A DNA stretch of 24,000 bases from an uncultured Psychromonas sp. (GCF_947489755.1 NZ_CANLFB010000044.1:1-24000), one strand, 5' to 3'; shown: positions 7,559 to 16,549, counted from the first letter of the stretch. Numbers and translations: made by a program. The notes: generated by a model from the sequence alone, not told the origin.

Positions 7559-8479
7559 ATGCCATCATTCCCACAAGCACCTAAAGCCGTTGTCATGGTG
7601 AGACCTCATCATTTTCATCCAAACGAGGAAACGAAACTAGACAATAGTTATCAAGCAGATAAACCTTTTGATGAACAAGCAATAAAAATTAAAGCCTATG
7701 AGCAAGTCACACAAGTTGCAAAAATACTTGAATCAGAAGGCATTACCGTTCATCTATTTGAAGATAATGGTATCGAAACTCCAGACTCAGTTTTTCCTAA
7801 TAATTGGTTTTCAACTCACACGGGTGGGCATATTGCAATATATCCAATGTATGCTAAAAATCGAAGAAAAGAGCGCCGTGCCGATATTATAGAATTATTG
7901 AAAGAACAATATCGTGTCCAAGATGTTATTGACTACTCAGGTCTGATGTACGATGAAATTTACCTTGAAGGCACTGGAGCGATGGTATTAGACCATGTAG
8001 AGAGAGTGGCCTATGCCGCGCAGTCTAATCGTACTGACTCACATGCATTGGAACGATTCTGCTCTCATTTTAATTTTGAACCCATGATGTTTAATGCAAA
8101 AGATAAAGACGGAAATGCGGTTTATCATACGAATGTTTTAATGTGTATTGGTAGTGAGTTTGTGATGGCCGGTTTCGACATGATCTCCGATCTCAAACGT
8201 CGCACCGAAATAATTCAACGCTTTGAAACATCAGGAAAAGAAGTTATCAATTTGTCTGAACAACAAATCAATGCATTTTGTGGTAACGCACTTGAATTAC
8301 AGGGCTCTTCAGAGCGAATTCTAGCATTATCAGCTAAAGCACATTCGGCTTTAACAATAGCGCAAAGAACAATCCTAGAAAAAAGTGTCAAACTTGTTCC
8401 TCTTGATGTTTCAGCAATTGAGCTTGCTGGTGGTTCAGTTCGCTGCATGCTGGCGGGCATTCACTTATCAAAGCGATAA
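7559..8479 (+). CDS. ctlX: Guanidino-group-modifying-enzyme superfamily hydrolase, CtlX-like (citrulline utilisation hydrolase / arginine deiminase-related protein)
   Basis: The N-terminus VVMVRPHHFHPNEET and the C-terminal catalytic-Cys block GGSVRCMLAGI are typical of the amidinotransferase/DDAH/ADI fold family annotated as CtlX. It lies beside ocd. Confidence 0.7.
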   Translation: MPSFPQAPKAVVMVRPHHFHPNEETKLDNSYQADKPFDEQAIKIKAYEQVTQVAKILESEGITVHLFEDNGIETPDSVFPNNWFSTHTGGHIAIYPMYAKNRRKERRADIIELLKEQYRVQDVIDYSGLMYDEIYLEGTGAMVLDHVERVAYAAQSNRTDSHALERFCSHFNFEPMMFNAKDKDGNAVYHTNVLMCIGSEFVMAGFDMISDLKRRTEIIQRFETSGKEVINLSEQQINAFCGNALELQGSSERILALSAKAHSALTIAQRTILEKSVKLVPLDVSAIELAGGSVRCMLAGIHLSKR

Positions 8480-8636
8480 TGGCATTAGCACTGGGCTAAA
8501 TCGTTGTATTTTTGGGTGAAACCATTATGCATACAGACATGACAGGTTTAGCTTTTAAACTTCCCCTTAACAGTGACACGGACGCAATCTATTCCTGATA
8601 ATCCCTGTTTTGGGGTGATGATTTATAGTTACTTGC

Positions 8637-9683
8637 TTACATTTTCACAATTGGAAGTTGAGATAACAAAATAAAGGTCGCAGTATCATAGTCTGTTTCT
8701 GCTGTGACCTCAGGCAATATAACCTCAGATACAACATCAGTATCTTCATGCTTCATTTTAGCCTCTGTGACAGTTTTAATCGCTTGCATAGCACCGTTAG
8801 CCAATTGTTCTGACGCTTCACCAGTCGATAAGTTAACCGTTGCTGGTAAGGTTCCCTGAGACCAAAAATCAAGAAACGGTGCCATTAAGTCTGCTTGATA
8901 ATCTTGCGCTAATATTAAATAAAGCGGCAATCGATTCGCATTCTCTCCGAATTCTGTTGAGTTTGCACCTTGCAAGCTAGCGTTATCTTTTGACAGGATC
9001 ATCCAATCTGCAGGTAAATTCAAATCACTAAAACGTGCTGACTTCATCAATGAGGTGCCTGATTGGTATACTTCAGCCCAAAGAGGGTTACCGGTGACTT
9101 CAGTAAATAAATTTAAAGCGGGGAATACCCAGTAGGATAAGTTAATTTGAGTACGGTCATCAGGTAATTCAAACCCTGTTTCACTTGGTAAAATCAACTG
9201 GTAACCAAATTGTTCACGAATCAGTTTGGCTTTAATGGCATCTAGTACTCGCAAACCTTCAACAAGGAAAATTTGGCGATCCCATTTATTTTCTGCGGCT
9301 AATAAAGCCCAAGCAATGATGATATCGCCATTACTTACGTTAGGTTGAGCAGAGATACATGTTTTATCACAGCCTTCTTTTTCTGAAGGCGAATACTGGT
9401 GACGAAATAGATGATCTTCACGTTGCATGTTTTCTTTTGTCCAAGCCCACATCTCTTGAAACTGATTTCTATCATTTGAAAATACCGCAAATAATAAAGC
9501 GAAGCCTTGCCCTTCACTACTTGAGATATTATCAGCATCAAGGACTCTGTTTGTATCAATAAACAGCTCTTTGTAAGCAAGCCAGTTTTTTTGAAAAGGT
9601 GTTCGCTCAAAAGAAATAAATTTGGGTATAAATGATATTGCAATTAAAGACAATATTATTCCGATGAATATCATTTTCTTCAT
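8637..9683 (-). CDS. Glycoside hydrolase family 8 (endoglucanase/BcsZ-like), secreted or membrane-anchored
   Basis: It has an N-terminal hydrophobic signal/anchor. It carries the GH8 motifs SSSEGQGFALLFAV and SNGDIIIAWALLAAENKW. No bcs synthase genes are nearby. Confidence 0.8.
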   Translation of the reverse strand: MKKMIFIGIILSLIAISFIPKFISFERTPFQKNWLAYKELFIDTNRVLDADNISSSEGQGFALLFAVFSNDRNQFQEMWAWTKENMQREDHLFRHQYSPSEKEGCDKTCISAQPNVSNGDIIIAWALLAAENKWDRQIFLVEGLRVLDAIKAKLIREQFGYQLILPSETGFELPDDRTQINLSYWVFPALNLFTEVTGNPLWAEVYQSGTSLMKSARFSDLNLPADWMILSKDNASLQGANSTEFGENANRLPLYLILAQDYQADLMAPFLDFWSQGTLPATVNLSTGEASEQLANGAMQAIKTVTEAKMKHEDTDVVSEVILPEVTAETDYDTATFILLSQLPIVKM

Positions 9684-10009
9684 TTCTAGTGTTCCTTAAT
9701 TTTTTAAAAGCAGTTGTATTGTTCAGTAGGCTGCCATCATAAAGGTGAACTCTATAAAAATCATAAATAATAACGGTTAGCGAATATATTTATCACTATC
9801 GCTCCCCATGATCAAAGCGTTTAAAATATTACTTAATGCGATCTCCCTTCTTTCATAGTTTATTTTTCTCAGTCATATTTTTACATCCTAGATTCGCCTA
9901 ATTAGAAACAAACTATTTGGTTATATCTCATCGTATTTTGATATCGCTAAATTGGCATATGCAAGGTGGCTGAATGTTACAATAAAGGTGTAAACAGGAT
10001 GGAGATAAT

Positions 10010-10324
10010 ATGACTGGAACCATTAAACCTAAAACGATTAAAAATAAGACCATTTTTTATAGTAAGCTATTTTCGATAAATCTAGTGACCTACCCTATCA
10101 ACCACAGTGTAATGAACCATGTTGATAATGTGCAAAAAGGACGTTATTACAAACTCAATTTAATATTGGTACAGCCTAAAGTGGGTGGCGTGTTTAAGTG
10201 TAAAAAATGTATTATTAACTTATTCAACCGCGTGTATTTGTTTAGACCTGATAAGTACGAACACAGCGTCACTAAAATCGAATCAGGCAAACGAGTTCTG
10301 CTGAGTTTTGCACTCAATATATAA
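10010..10324 (+). CDS. Small 2OG-Fe(II) oxygenase-like protein (minimal double-stranded beta-helix core)
   Basis: A good SD (ggag) lies 6 nt upstream of the ATG. The HxD triad element is HVDN. It is followed by GRYYKLNLILVQP..GGVF and the distal His/Arg block YEHSVTKIESGKRVLLSFAL, as in PF13640-type oxygenases. Confidence 0.45.
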   Translation: MTGTIKPKTIKNKTIFYSKLFSINLVTYPINHSVMNHVDNVQKGRYYKLNLILVQPKVGGVFKCKKCIINLFNRVYLFRPDKYEHSVTKIESGKRVLLSFALNI

Positions 10325-10422
10325 GCGTTTATAAGAAGATTTACCTTCAATAAGACAGCAAGATCATCGACTGCTGACCTTGCTGTAAATAGCCTTTAAA
10401 AACGTCAATGGGCTCAGCTCCT

Positions 10423-10444
10423 CCCCCCCCCCCCAAAAAAAAAA
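10423..10444. repeat. Abutting homopolymers C12 then A10
   Basis: Direct count: c at 10423-10434 and a at 10435-10444. It lies in the convergent 3' intergenic region between 10324 and 10528. Confidence 0.95.
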
Positions 10445-10527
10445 GAAAAGGCTACATCGACCTCATCGTTAAGCTTTCCCAAGCAACAAATGACTTTATA
10501 GTAGCGAGCGCTTTCAGTAACTAATGA

Positions 10528-11727
10528 TTACGTATTGAGGCTTTGCTCTCTCATTTTTTCTTTTTCTTTTTCTAAACTATTTTCAATAAAGAATAATCCA
10601 TACAAAAAGAAGGTACCGACCATCACCACAGCAGCGGATAGATATAAACCAAGCTCATAGTTTCCGTAAGCTTCAACAATATAACCTGTGCATACAGGGG
10701 CTATTATTTGAGCAGCGCCGTAGGATAACGTCATCGTGCCCATAAATTTAGCGGGATTACTCGGGTAAAACTTACCTGCCATGGTTAATACTAAGCTTAC
10801 ACAGGCGATGAATGTCCCACCGAATAGCAACGCACTGATGATAACAACAGGTAAGCTATCATTAATAGCGGGTAAAATGATGCCAACTATTTGTAACATA
10901 TAAGCTGCGATTAAGGTTTTAAGGTAACCGGTTCGTCGAGCAATACGATCCCATATTAATGCCGCAGGGGTTGCGGCTAACCCAATTAATAAAAAGGCCA
11001 GTCCTCCCTGCCCTTGTAAACCATCAGTTCTCTCTACAATATCAACAATAAACGTCGAACTAACGGCATAACCATAACCTGCACAGAAATAGGCTAACAT
11101 GATTAATGACTTAAATACTTTGCTTGGAGGGTTGTCTTCAATGACTTCTTGATTTTTACTTTCGCTCGAGGGGTGTGGCATCCATAACCAAGCGGGTACT
11201 GAAAATACGATTGCTAATACCGATAACGCTAACCACTGTTGCTGCCAATCTGATGGCATTGCCGCCACCAATAATGAAGTAATGACAATACTCAAACCTG
11301 CGCCCGCAAAGTGAATTCCCAATTCAGGACGATGGTTATTTTTGACTAGCCATTTCAATATCAACCCAGAAGCGATAATAAAACCACCTGATGCACACAT
11401 TCCCGCTAGAAATCGTAAGACAGCCCAAGCAACCATGTCCGTTGTCATAACCATTGCAGCGGAAGTGACGATACTCAATAGCAAATAAACACGATATAAG
11501 TGATATTTATGGTTAAGATTATGCATATTTGCTGCGATTAATACGCCAAATAGATAGCCCATAAAATTATAACTCGCTAACCAGCCACCGCCTATTTCGG
11601 TTAGCCCTGCTCCTTCTTGCATTGTCGGCAGTAATAAACTGTAAGAAAACCGAGCAACACCAGCCGTTACAATTAAACTGCATATACCCGCAAAATAGAC
11701 TCGTATCTTGGTGAGTTCTGATGACAT
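10528..11727 (-). CDS. MFS transporter, YbfB/YjiJ-like
   Basis: 399 aa with about 12 TM segments. The N-terminal motif GVARFSYSLLLPTMQ is characteristic of the YbfB/YjiJ MFS subfamily. It is divergent from a LysR regulator. Confidence 0.8.
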   Translation of the reverse strand: MSSELTKIRVYFAGICSLIVTAGVARFSYSLLLPTMQEGAGLTEIGGGWLASYNFMGYLFGVLIAANMHNLNHKYHLYRVYLLLSIVTSAAMVMTTDMVAWAVLRFLAGMCASGGFIIASGLILKWLVKNNHRPELGIHFAGAGLSIVITSLLVAAMPSDWQQQWLALSVLAIVFSVPAWLWMPHPSSESKNQEVIEDNPPSKVFKSLIMLAYFCAGYGYAVSSTFIVDIVERTDGLQGQGGLAFLLIGLAATPAALIWDRIARRTGYLKTLIAAYMLQIVGIILPAINDSLPVVIISALLFGGTFIACVSLVLTMAGKFYPSNPAKFMGTMTLSYGAAQIIAPVCTGYIVEAYGNYELGLYLSAAVVMVGTFFLYGLFFIENSLEKEKEKMREQSLNT

Positions 11728-11867
11728 TTTTGATCACTTAATATGAAAAATAATGAACAAAGAATACGTGACTCTGATAATCTTAAAAATTGAATCATCA
11801 AGAACATAAACTTCTCATTAACAGAACTATCAACAAAATCGTTTTATGGATAAATAAGGTTTTTTAT

Positions 11868-12701
11868 ATGGAAATTTTAACATTAAAAACATTTAAAGCC
11901 GTTGTTGATGAAGATGGTATTAAAGGCGCCGCCGACAAACTACATACCGTTCAATCGAATATTACTAATCGAATTCAAAAACTTGAAAGAGAACTAGATA
12001 CAAAGCTATTTAATCTATCAGGTCGAAAATTACAATTAACACCGAGTGGTTTACAGCTTTGTGGCTATGCAGATAAAATTTTACAATTAGAATATCTCGC
12101 CACATCAGCTATTTTACACAGCAAAGATAACTATGATTTAAGAATCGGTATGCCAGAAACTTTTGCAGCCGTTCATATGCCTTTAGCGCTCAAACAACTC
12201 AAATTAAATCACCCTGAAATACGCTCTAAAATTTATACGGATACCAGTGATAGGCTTGTATTCGCGGTGCTGAATAATAAAGTCGATTGTGCGGCCATAG
12301 GTAATGCGCCTAGCCATCAAGATCTCGTTGTTATTCCTGTTATAAAAGAAGAATTGGTGATGGTAACGCCATTAGGCAGTGAGCATGACCCGATTTTATT
12401 GGTGCGCGATGAAGGTTGTGGTTATAGAAAGCACGCTCTAATGTGGCAACAAAAAACAGGTCGAGGTAACGATGAACGCATGTTGATGAGCAGTGCAGAC
12501 GGCGTATTAGGTTGTATTGCTGCGGGGTTAGGTTACACGGTTATCGGTAAAAACATGGTCATAGGCAGTCGATATGAAAAATCATTGGTAATAACGCCCC
12601 TCACCCATGAACCAAAAACAGTACAGTTATCAATTGTGTATCGTAAAGATAGCCCGTTAACATCGGGTATATTAACCTTGGCAAAACTGTTAACAGAATA
12701 G
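11868..12701 (+). CDS. LysR-family transcriptional regulator
   Basis: It has an N-terminal wHTH (LKTFKAVVDEDGIKGAADKLHTVQSNITNRIQKLERELDTKLF) and a LysR substrate-binding domain. I prefer the ATG at 11868 over the extended ORF start at 11790. Confidence 0.85.
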   Translation: MEILTLKTFKAVVDEDGIKGAADKLHTVQSNITNRIQKLERELDTKLFNLSGRKLQLTPSGLQLCGYADKILQLEYLATSAILHSKDNYDLRIGMPETFAAVHMPLALKQLKLNHPEIRSKIYTDTSDRLVFAVLNNKVDCAAIGNAPSHQDLVVIPVIKEELVMVTPLGSEHDPILLVRDEGCGYRKHALMWQQKTGRGNDERMLMSSADGVLGCIAAGLGYTVIGKNMVIGSRYEKSLVITPLTHEPKTVQLSIVYRKDSPLTSGILTLAKLLTE

Positions 12702-12753
12702 CATGGCATTTTTTAATGTATAAAATGCTAAGGACGCGACAAGCTTTTCTATT

Positions 12754-13629
12754 TTATGCCTGAAGCTTGAGCATCGGATAAGTAAACAAAAAGAAGTGAC
12801 ACACATTAACTAACCAGTGGTATAAAATAGCCCACTCTAACCGTTGTGTCTTGTAAAAAATATAACCGTAACCAAACCCAGCTACCGCTGCAACGGCGAT
12901 GTAGCTAAGCCCTCCCATAAAATGCGCGAAAGCAAAAACACACGCCATAATAATAGGCGCTAATATTTTCAATCGAGTAGACGTTATTAACTGTGACAGC
13001 TTGGTTTGTAATACACCTCTAAATAAAGCCTCTTCTGCAACACAGGTAAATAATAAATTGATTGCCATAAACGCTAACCAAAAGTTTGGAACTTTAGGAT
13101 TAAAGTTAACAATACCTAACATTAAAGCGACGATAAGTGTCGCTAAAATAGTACTGAGTATAATGATAACGGGCTGTGTTACGTTTACCTTAATGTCGTT
13201 GCTGATGCCTTTTTTTATAGCCGCTTTATTCATTGAGAAAAAGTAAGCACAAACAAACAACCCTGCCATTCCCTTATCAAGATTGGCATAAAGTGTATAA
13301 GGAATTGCATCGAGTGTGATCAGTTCGTTGATGACAATCGGTAAGTTGTTAAAACCGGGGACTAAATGTATGGCTAATGCCAATGAGCTAACAATAAACA
13401 AAATGGTAGATATTATACGTGTTATTGGCGATTTTAAATGCAGCGCACCCAGATATAAAGCAACGTAAAGTCCAATGGCCACCAGCCCAGTTATATTGAG
13501 ATGGCTTTCGATGACGCCGCAGATAACGGTCGCTGCCATCAACCATAACCAAAGCGGTTGTTTTATGAATGACACTTTACAATAGGGGAAAACACATAAA
13601 ATCGATAACGCTAATAGATAAAAAGTCAT
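12754..13629 (-). CDS. CPBP-family intramembrane glutamic endopeptidase (CAAX protease/Abi family)
   Basis: Polytopic membrane protein with motif 1 EEALFRG, motif 2 FAFAHF and a distal HWLVN. Confidence 0.8.
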   Translation of the reverse strand: MTFYLLALSILCVFPYCKVSFIKQPLWLWLMAATVICGVIESHLNITGLVAIGLYVALYLGALHLKSPITRIISTILFIVSSLALAIHLVPGFNNLPIVINELITLDAIPYTLYANLDKGMAGLFVCAYFFSMNKAAIKKGISNDIKVNVTQPVIIILSTILATLIVALMLGIVNFNPKVPNFWLAFMAINLLFTCVAEEALFRGVLQTKLSQLITSTRLKILAPIIMACVFAFAHFMGGLSYIAVAAVAGFGYGYIFYKTQRLEWAILYHWLVNVCHFFLFTYPMLKLQA

Positions 13630-13759
13630 TTTGTTTTTTACTGCTTATTGATTGTTTTAATACGGTTATATTGAACTCGACGCACTGCTGATTATTTTTA
13701 TATTAACTGCATTGGCTCTGTGTCCGTTATATTTTAATTATCCTATTGGCGCAACAGAC

Positions 13760-13801
13760 CTAAATCTAAATCTAAATCTAAACCTAAACCTAAACCACAA
13801 C
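13760..13801. repeat. Hexanucleotide tandem repeat: (ctaaat)x3, (ctaaac)x3, cacaac
   Basis: Read directly from the sequence. It lies in the divergent intergenic region between the CPBP gene (start 13629) and the DUF2157 operon (start 13948). Confidence 0.9.
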
Positions 13802-13947
13802 CCAAAAGTAATATAAAAAATCTCGGCGCTTAACCTATGAGTAGGCAACTATAACAGCCACGATCGATTCTTAACAATGGCATTTAATATCTAAACTTAA
13901 GTTATCTTTGATGTAAACTAGACAAAAAAATCATCAGGGAAGATGCT

Positions 13948-14919
13948 ATGCCATCATCACGACAAATTGTTAATGACTTTATAAAACGCGGTTACGTGGA
14001 ACCAGCAAAGATCAATGACGTACTTAACGACACACAGGTTTCGCCTAGCATCAGCAATTGGTTTACATTTATTGATCGGTTATTACTGTGTTTAGGCGCA
14101 TTAAGTCTCGCTTTTTCAGTGCTGTTTTTTATTGCCTATAATTGGGATAACTGGGGACATTTTGGAAAATTTGCTTTAATCGAGTCATTGCTTATCGCCA
14201 CTATATTTATCTATTGGATATCCAAAAAAGATGGCCTAAAAGCGCAAATAACCTTATTAGTAAGCTGTTTAATGGTCGGTGTATTAATGGCTTTCTTTGG
14301 GCAAACTTATCAAACCGGTGCAGATCCTTGGACGCTGTTCTTTTTTTGGGCCCTGCTCATCACCCCTTGGGTTGTTATCGCTCGCTTTGGTCCACTATGG
14401 TTCAGTTGGTTAGGTTTATTAAATATTGCGTTAATCCTTTATATTGATAGCTTTGGCTCACCATTAGTTTTATTTTTGTCTGCTGATAGTAATATCTGGG
14501 GTGCACTATTTTTACTTAATAGTATTGCTCTCATCGCATTAGAGCTAAGTAGCCAACGCTTCACTTATTTATCACCACGTTGGTTGGCACGAGGCATCGC
14601 TTCACTAGTAGGCTCTATGATCACCTTTATTGTTATTGATACGATAACAGACTCACACGATACTAACCTATTGCCTTATTTATTTTGGGGAGTATTTATT
14701 GTTTCGTTATATGTAGTTTATCGTCATCTTCGACACGATTTATTTATGTTAGCGGGTGGCTGTTTATCAAGTATTGTCGTTATCATCGCTGTTTGTATCG
14801 ACAATCTCAATGAGGATTATATTGAAGTATTCTTTCTACTTATGCCCGTATTAATCATTGGTCTAACCAGCATGGCGACTATTTGGTTGAAGAAAGTCAA
14901 CAAGGAGATGTCGTCATGA
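13948..14919 (+). CDS. DUF2157-family polytopic membrane protein
   Basis: A short soluble N-terminus is followed by about 9-10 TM helices. The block FFIAYNWDNWGHFGKF matches the conserved A.NW motif of DUF2157 as I remember it. Confidence 0.65.
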   Translation: MPSSRQIVNDFIKRGYVEPAKINDVLNDTQVSPSISNWFTFIDRLLLCLGALSLAFSVLFFIAYNWDNWGHFGKFALIESLLIATIFIYWISKKDGLKAQITLLVSCLMVGVLMAFFGQTYQTGADPWTLFFFWALLITPWVVIARFGPLWFSWLGLLNIALILYIDSFGSPLVLFLSADSNIWGALFLLNSIALIALELSSQRFTYLSPRWLARGIASLVGSMITFIVIDTITDSHDTNLLPYLFWGVFIVSLYVVYRHLRHDLFMLAGGCLSSIVVIIAVCIDNLNEDYIEVFFLLMPVLIIGLTSMATIWLKKVNKEMSS

Positions 14920-16052
14920 ATGCAGAACAAACCCAACAACAAATATTGTGGCAACAACTTCAAGATAAAGCGTTAGTCAATGGAGAGTTTCAACCTGCAG
15001 AGACATTAGATTCACCTTGGTTTATAAAACTCTTACTCGCTTTATCTGGTTGGTTTGCTTCATTGTTTATTTTAGGTTTCTTGTTACTCATTTTACAAGA
15101 CTTAATAGAAAGTAGCATGACTTGCTTTATTGTCGGTTTTGGTATGATTTTTATGGCTTATCAAGCATTAAAAAATGAGCCTTCTGAATTCCAAGAGCAT
15201 CTTATGCTTGCCTTTAGTTTAGCGGGACAGGCATTAATCGCTTGGGCTATTTTTATGATTGAGAACACGATCTTTTCTTTATTTCCTTGGCTGGCTATTT
15301 TTATTATACAAAGCTGCTTAAGCCTTATCATGCCTCATTATATACATCGCGTTTGCTCTGCTTTTTTTGCCAGTATTGCATTCACTGTTTGTTTTCATTA
15401 TTTACAGCTTTCAGCGTTTACTTCAGCCACTTTATTATTATTGGCGTTATTATTAGTACTCAATGAATGGCGTTTTGTAAAATGGCAACCGACCTTTGAA
15501 GCCATTAGCTATGGTGTTATATTATTAATTATCCCGCTCAAAGCCTCTTATATTATTGGTTATGATCTTGCTTATTGGTTAAATGAATCCACATTAGAAA
15601 GTTCATGGTATTACTATTTAGATGAGCTACTATTACTATTAATCATGCTCTATTTAGTCGTCACTTTACTATCTCGTAGCCAGCATCGCTTCGCAGTCAA
15701 CACTAAATTAGCCATTATTGGCGCAACTATCTGCTTATGTCTTTTATCAATGGAGGCCTCTGGTATTACTATCGGTTTTGCTCTATTAATACTTGGCTTT
15801 TCAAACAGTAATAAAATATTGCAGGGATTAGGGATAACCTCATTACTCTTTTATATTTCGAGTTATTACTATTTACTCACGCTTACCTTATTAGAGAAAT
15901 CAGTCATTTTATTAATGATGGGGTTATTCATATTGGCGATTCGTTTTGCTTTATTAAAATGGCTTAGCCCTATTAAAATTAGCGCAGATTCCAATACTCT
16001 TTCCCATCAACAGATTAATTCAACAGCGCAAGGAGATAACGATGCAATCTAA
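14916..16052 (+). CDS. DUF4401-family polytopic membrane protein
   Basis: The ATG at 14916 overlaps the upstream TGA (ATGA), with aaggag 8 nt upstream. The N-terminus LWQQL...SPWFIKLLLALSGWFASLFILGF is typical of DUF4401, followed by about 10 TM helices. Confidence 0.65.
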   Translation: MNAEQTQQQILWQQLQDKALVNGEFQPAETLDSPWFIKLLLALSGWFASLFILGFLLLILQDLIESSMTCFIVGFGMIFMAYQALKNEPSEFQEHLMLAFSLAGQALIAWAIFMIENTIFSLFPWLAIFIIQSCLSLIMPHYIHRVCSAFFASIAFTVCFHYLQLSAFTSATLLLLALLLVLNEWRFVKWQPTFEAISYGVILLIIPLKASYIIGYDLAYWLNESTLESSWYYYLDELLLLLIMLYLVVTLLSRSQHRFAVNTKLAIIGATICLCLLSMEASGITIGFALLILGFSNSNKILQGLGITSLLFYISSYYYLLTLTLLEKSVILLMMGLFILAIRFALLKWLSPIKISADSNTLSHQQINSTAQGDNDAI

Positions 16053-16548
16053 GATCGTAATAGGCATGTTATTGGTTATTTTAGCGGTGATGAACTTTTC
16101 AATTTTCAGTAAAGAGCAACACTTAAAACAAGGCGATACCGTGTATTTGAAATTAGCCCCTGTTGACCCTCGTTCATTAATGCAAGGTGACTATATGGCA
16201 CTACGCTTTGATGCAGCCGACCAACTTTATGATGCACTCCAATCGTCGAACGATGATATAGAAAAAGGCACACATGATGGACAAATCGTAGTGCATCTAG
16301 ATGAAAACAAAGTAGGTGATTTTCGAGGTATTTACCATGGGCAACCCTTACAAGAAAATGAGCTTCGACTTAATTATCGTGTACGAAACGATAATATAAA
16401 ATTTGCGACTAATGCTTTTTTCTTCGAAGAAGGGACTGCTGCGCTTTATGAGCAAGCTCGATATGGTGAGTTCAAAGTGAATAAAAAAGGTGAGTTATTA
16501 TTGAATGCGATGTTCACAGAGCAATTAACTGAAATCACAGCTGAGTAA
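16042..16548 (+). CDS. GDYXXLXY-domain protein (N-terminal anchor plus periplasmic domain)
   Basis: It contains the family-defining motif DPRSLMQGDYMALRF. One N-terminal TM/signal segment is present. Its start overlaps the upstream gene by 11 nt. Confidence 0.75.
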   Translation: MQSKIVIGMLLVILAVMNFSIFSKEQHLKQGDTVYLKLAPVDPRSLMQGDYMALRFDAADQLYDALQSSNDDIEKGTHDGQIVVHLDENKVGDFRGIYHGQPLQENELRLNYRVRNDNIKFATNAFFFEEGTAALYEQARYGEFKVNKKGELLLNAMFTEQLTEITAE

Positions 16549-16549
16549 C

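Noticed and set aside
7698-8460. ORFs 7698-7892 (plus strand) and 8215-8460 (minus strand)
   Set aside because: They are off-frame or antisense overlaps within the ctlX-like CDS.
9335-9643. ORFs 9335-9643 (minus strand) and 9359-9562 (plus strand)
   Set aside because: They are alternative-frame or antisense overlaps inside the GH8 CDS, which carries clear family motifs in its own frame.
10147-10350. 67-aa minus-strand ORF
   Set aside because: It is antisense to the 2OG-oxygenase-like ORF, which has the better SD and recognisable catalytic motifs.
13001-13246. 81-aa plus-strand ORF
   Set aside because: It is antisense to the CPBP protease CDS.
14214-14447. 77-aa plus-strand ORF
   Set aside because: It is an off-frame overlap inside the DUF2157 CDS.
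14883-14915. TTG-initiated 11-codon N-terminal extension of the DUF4401 ORF
   Set aside because: The ATG at 14916 has a canonical aaggag SD and forms an ATGA stop-start overlap, making it the more plausible initiation site.
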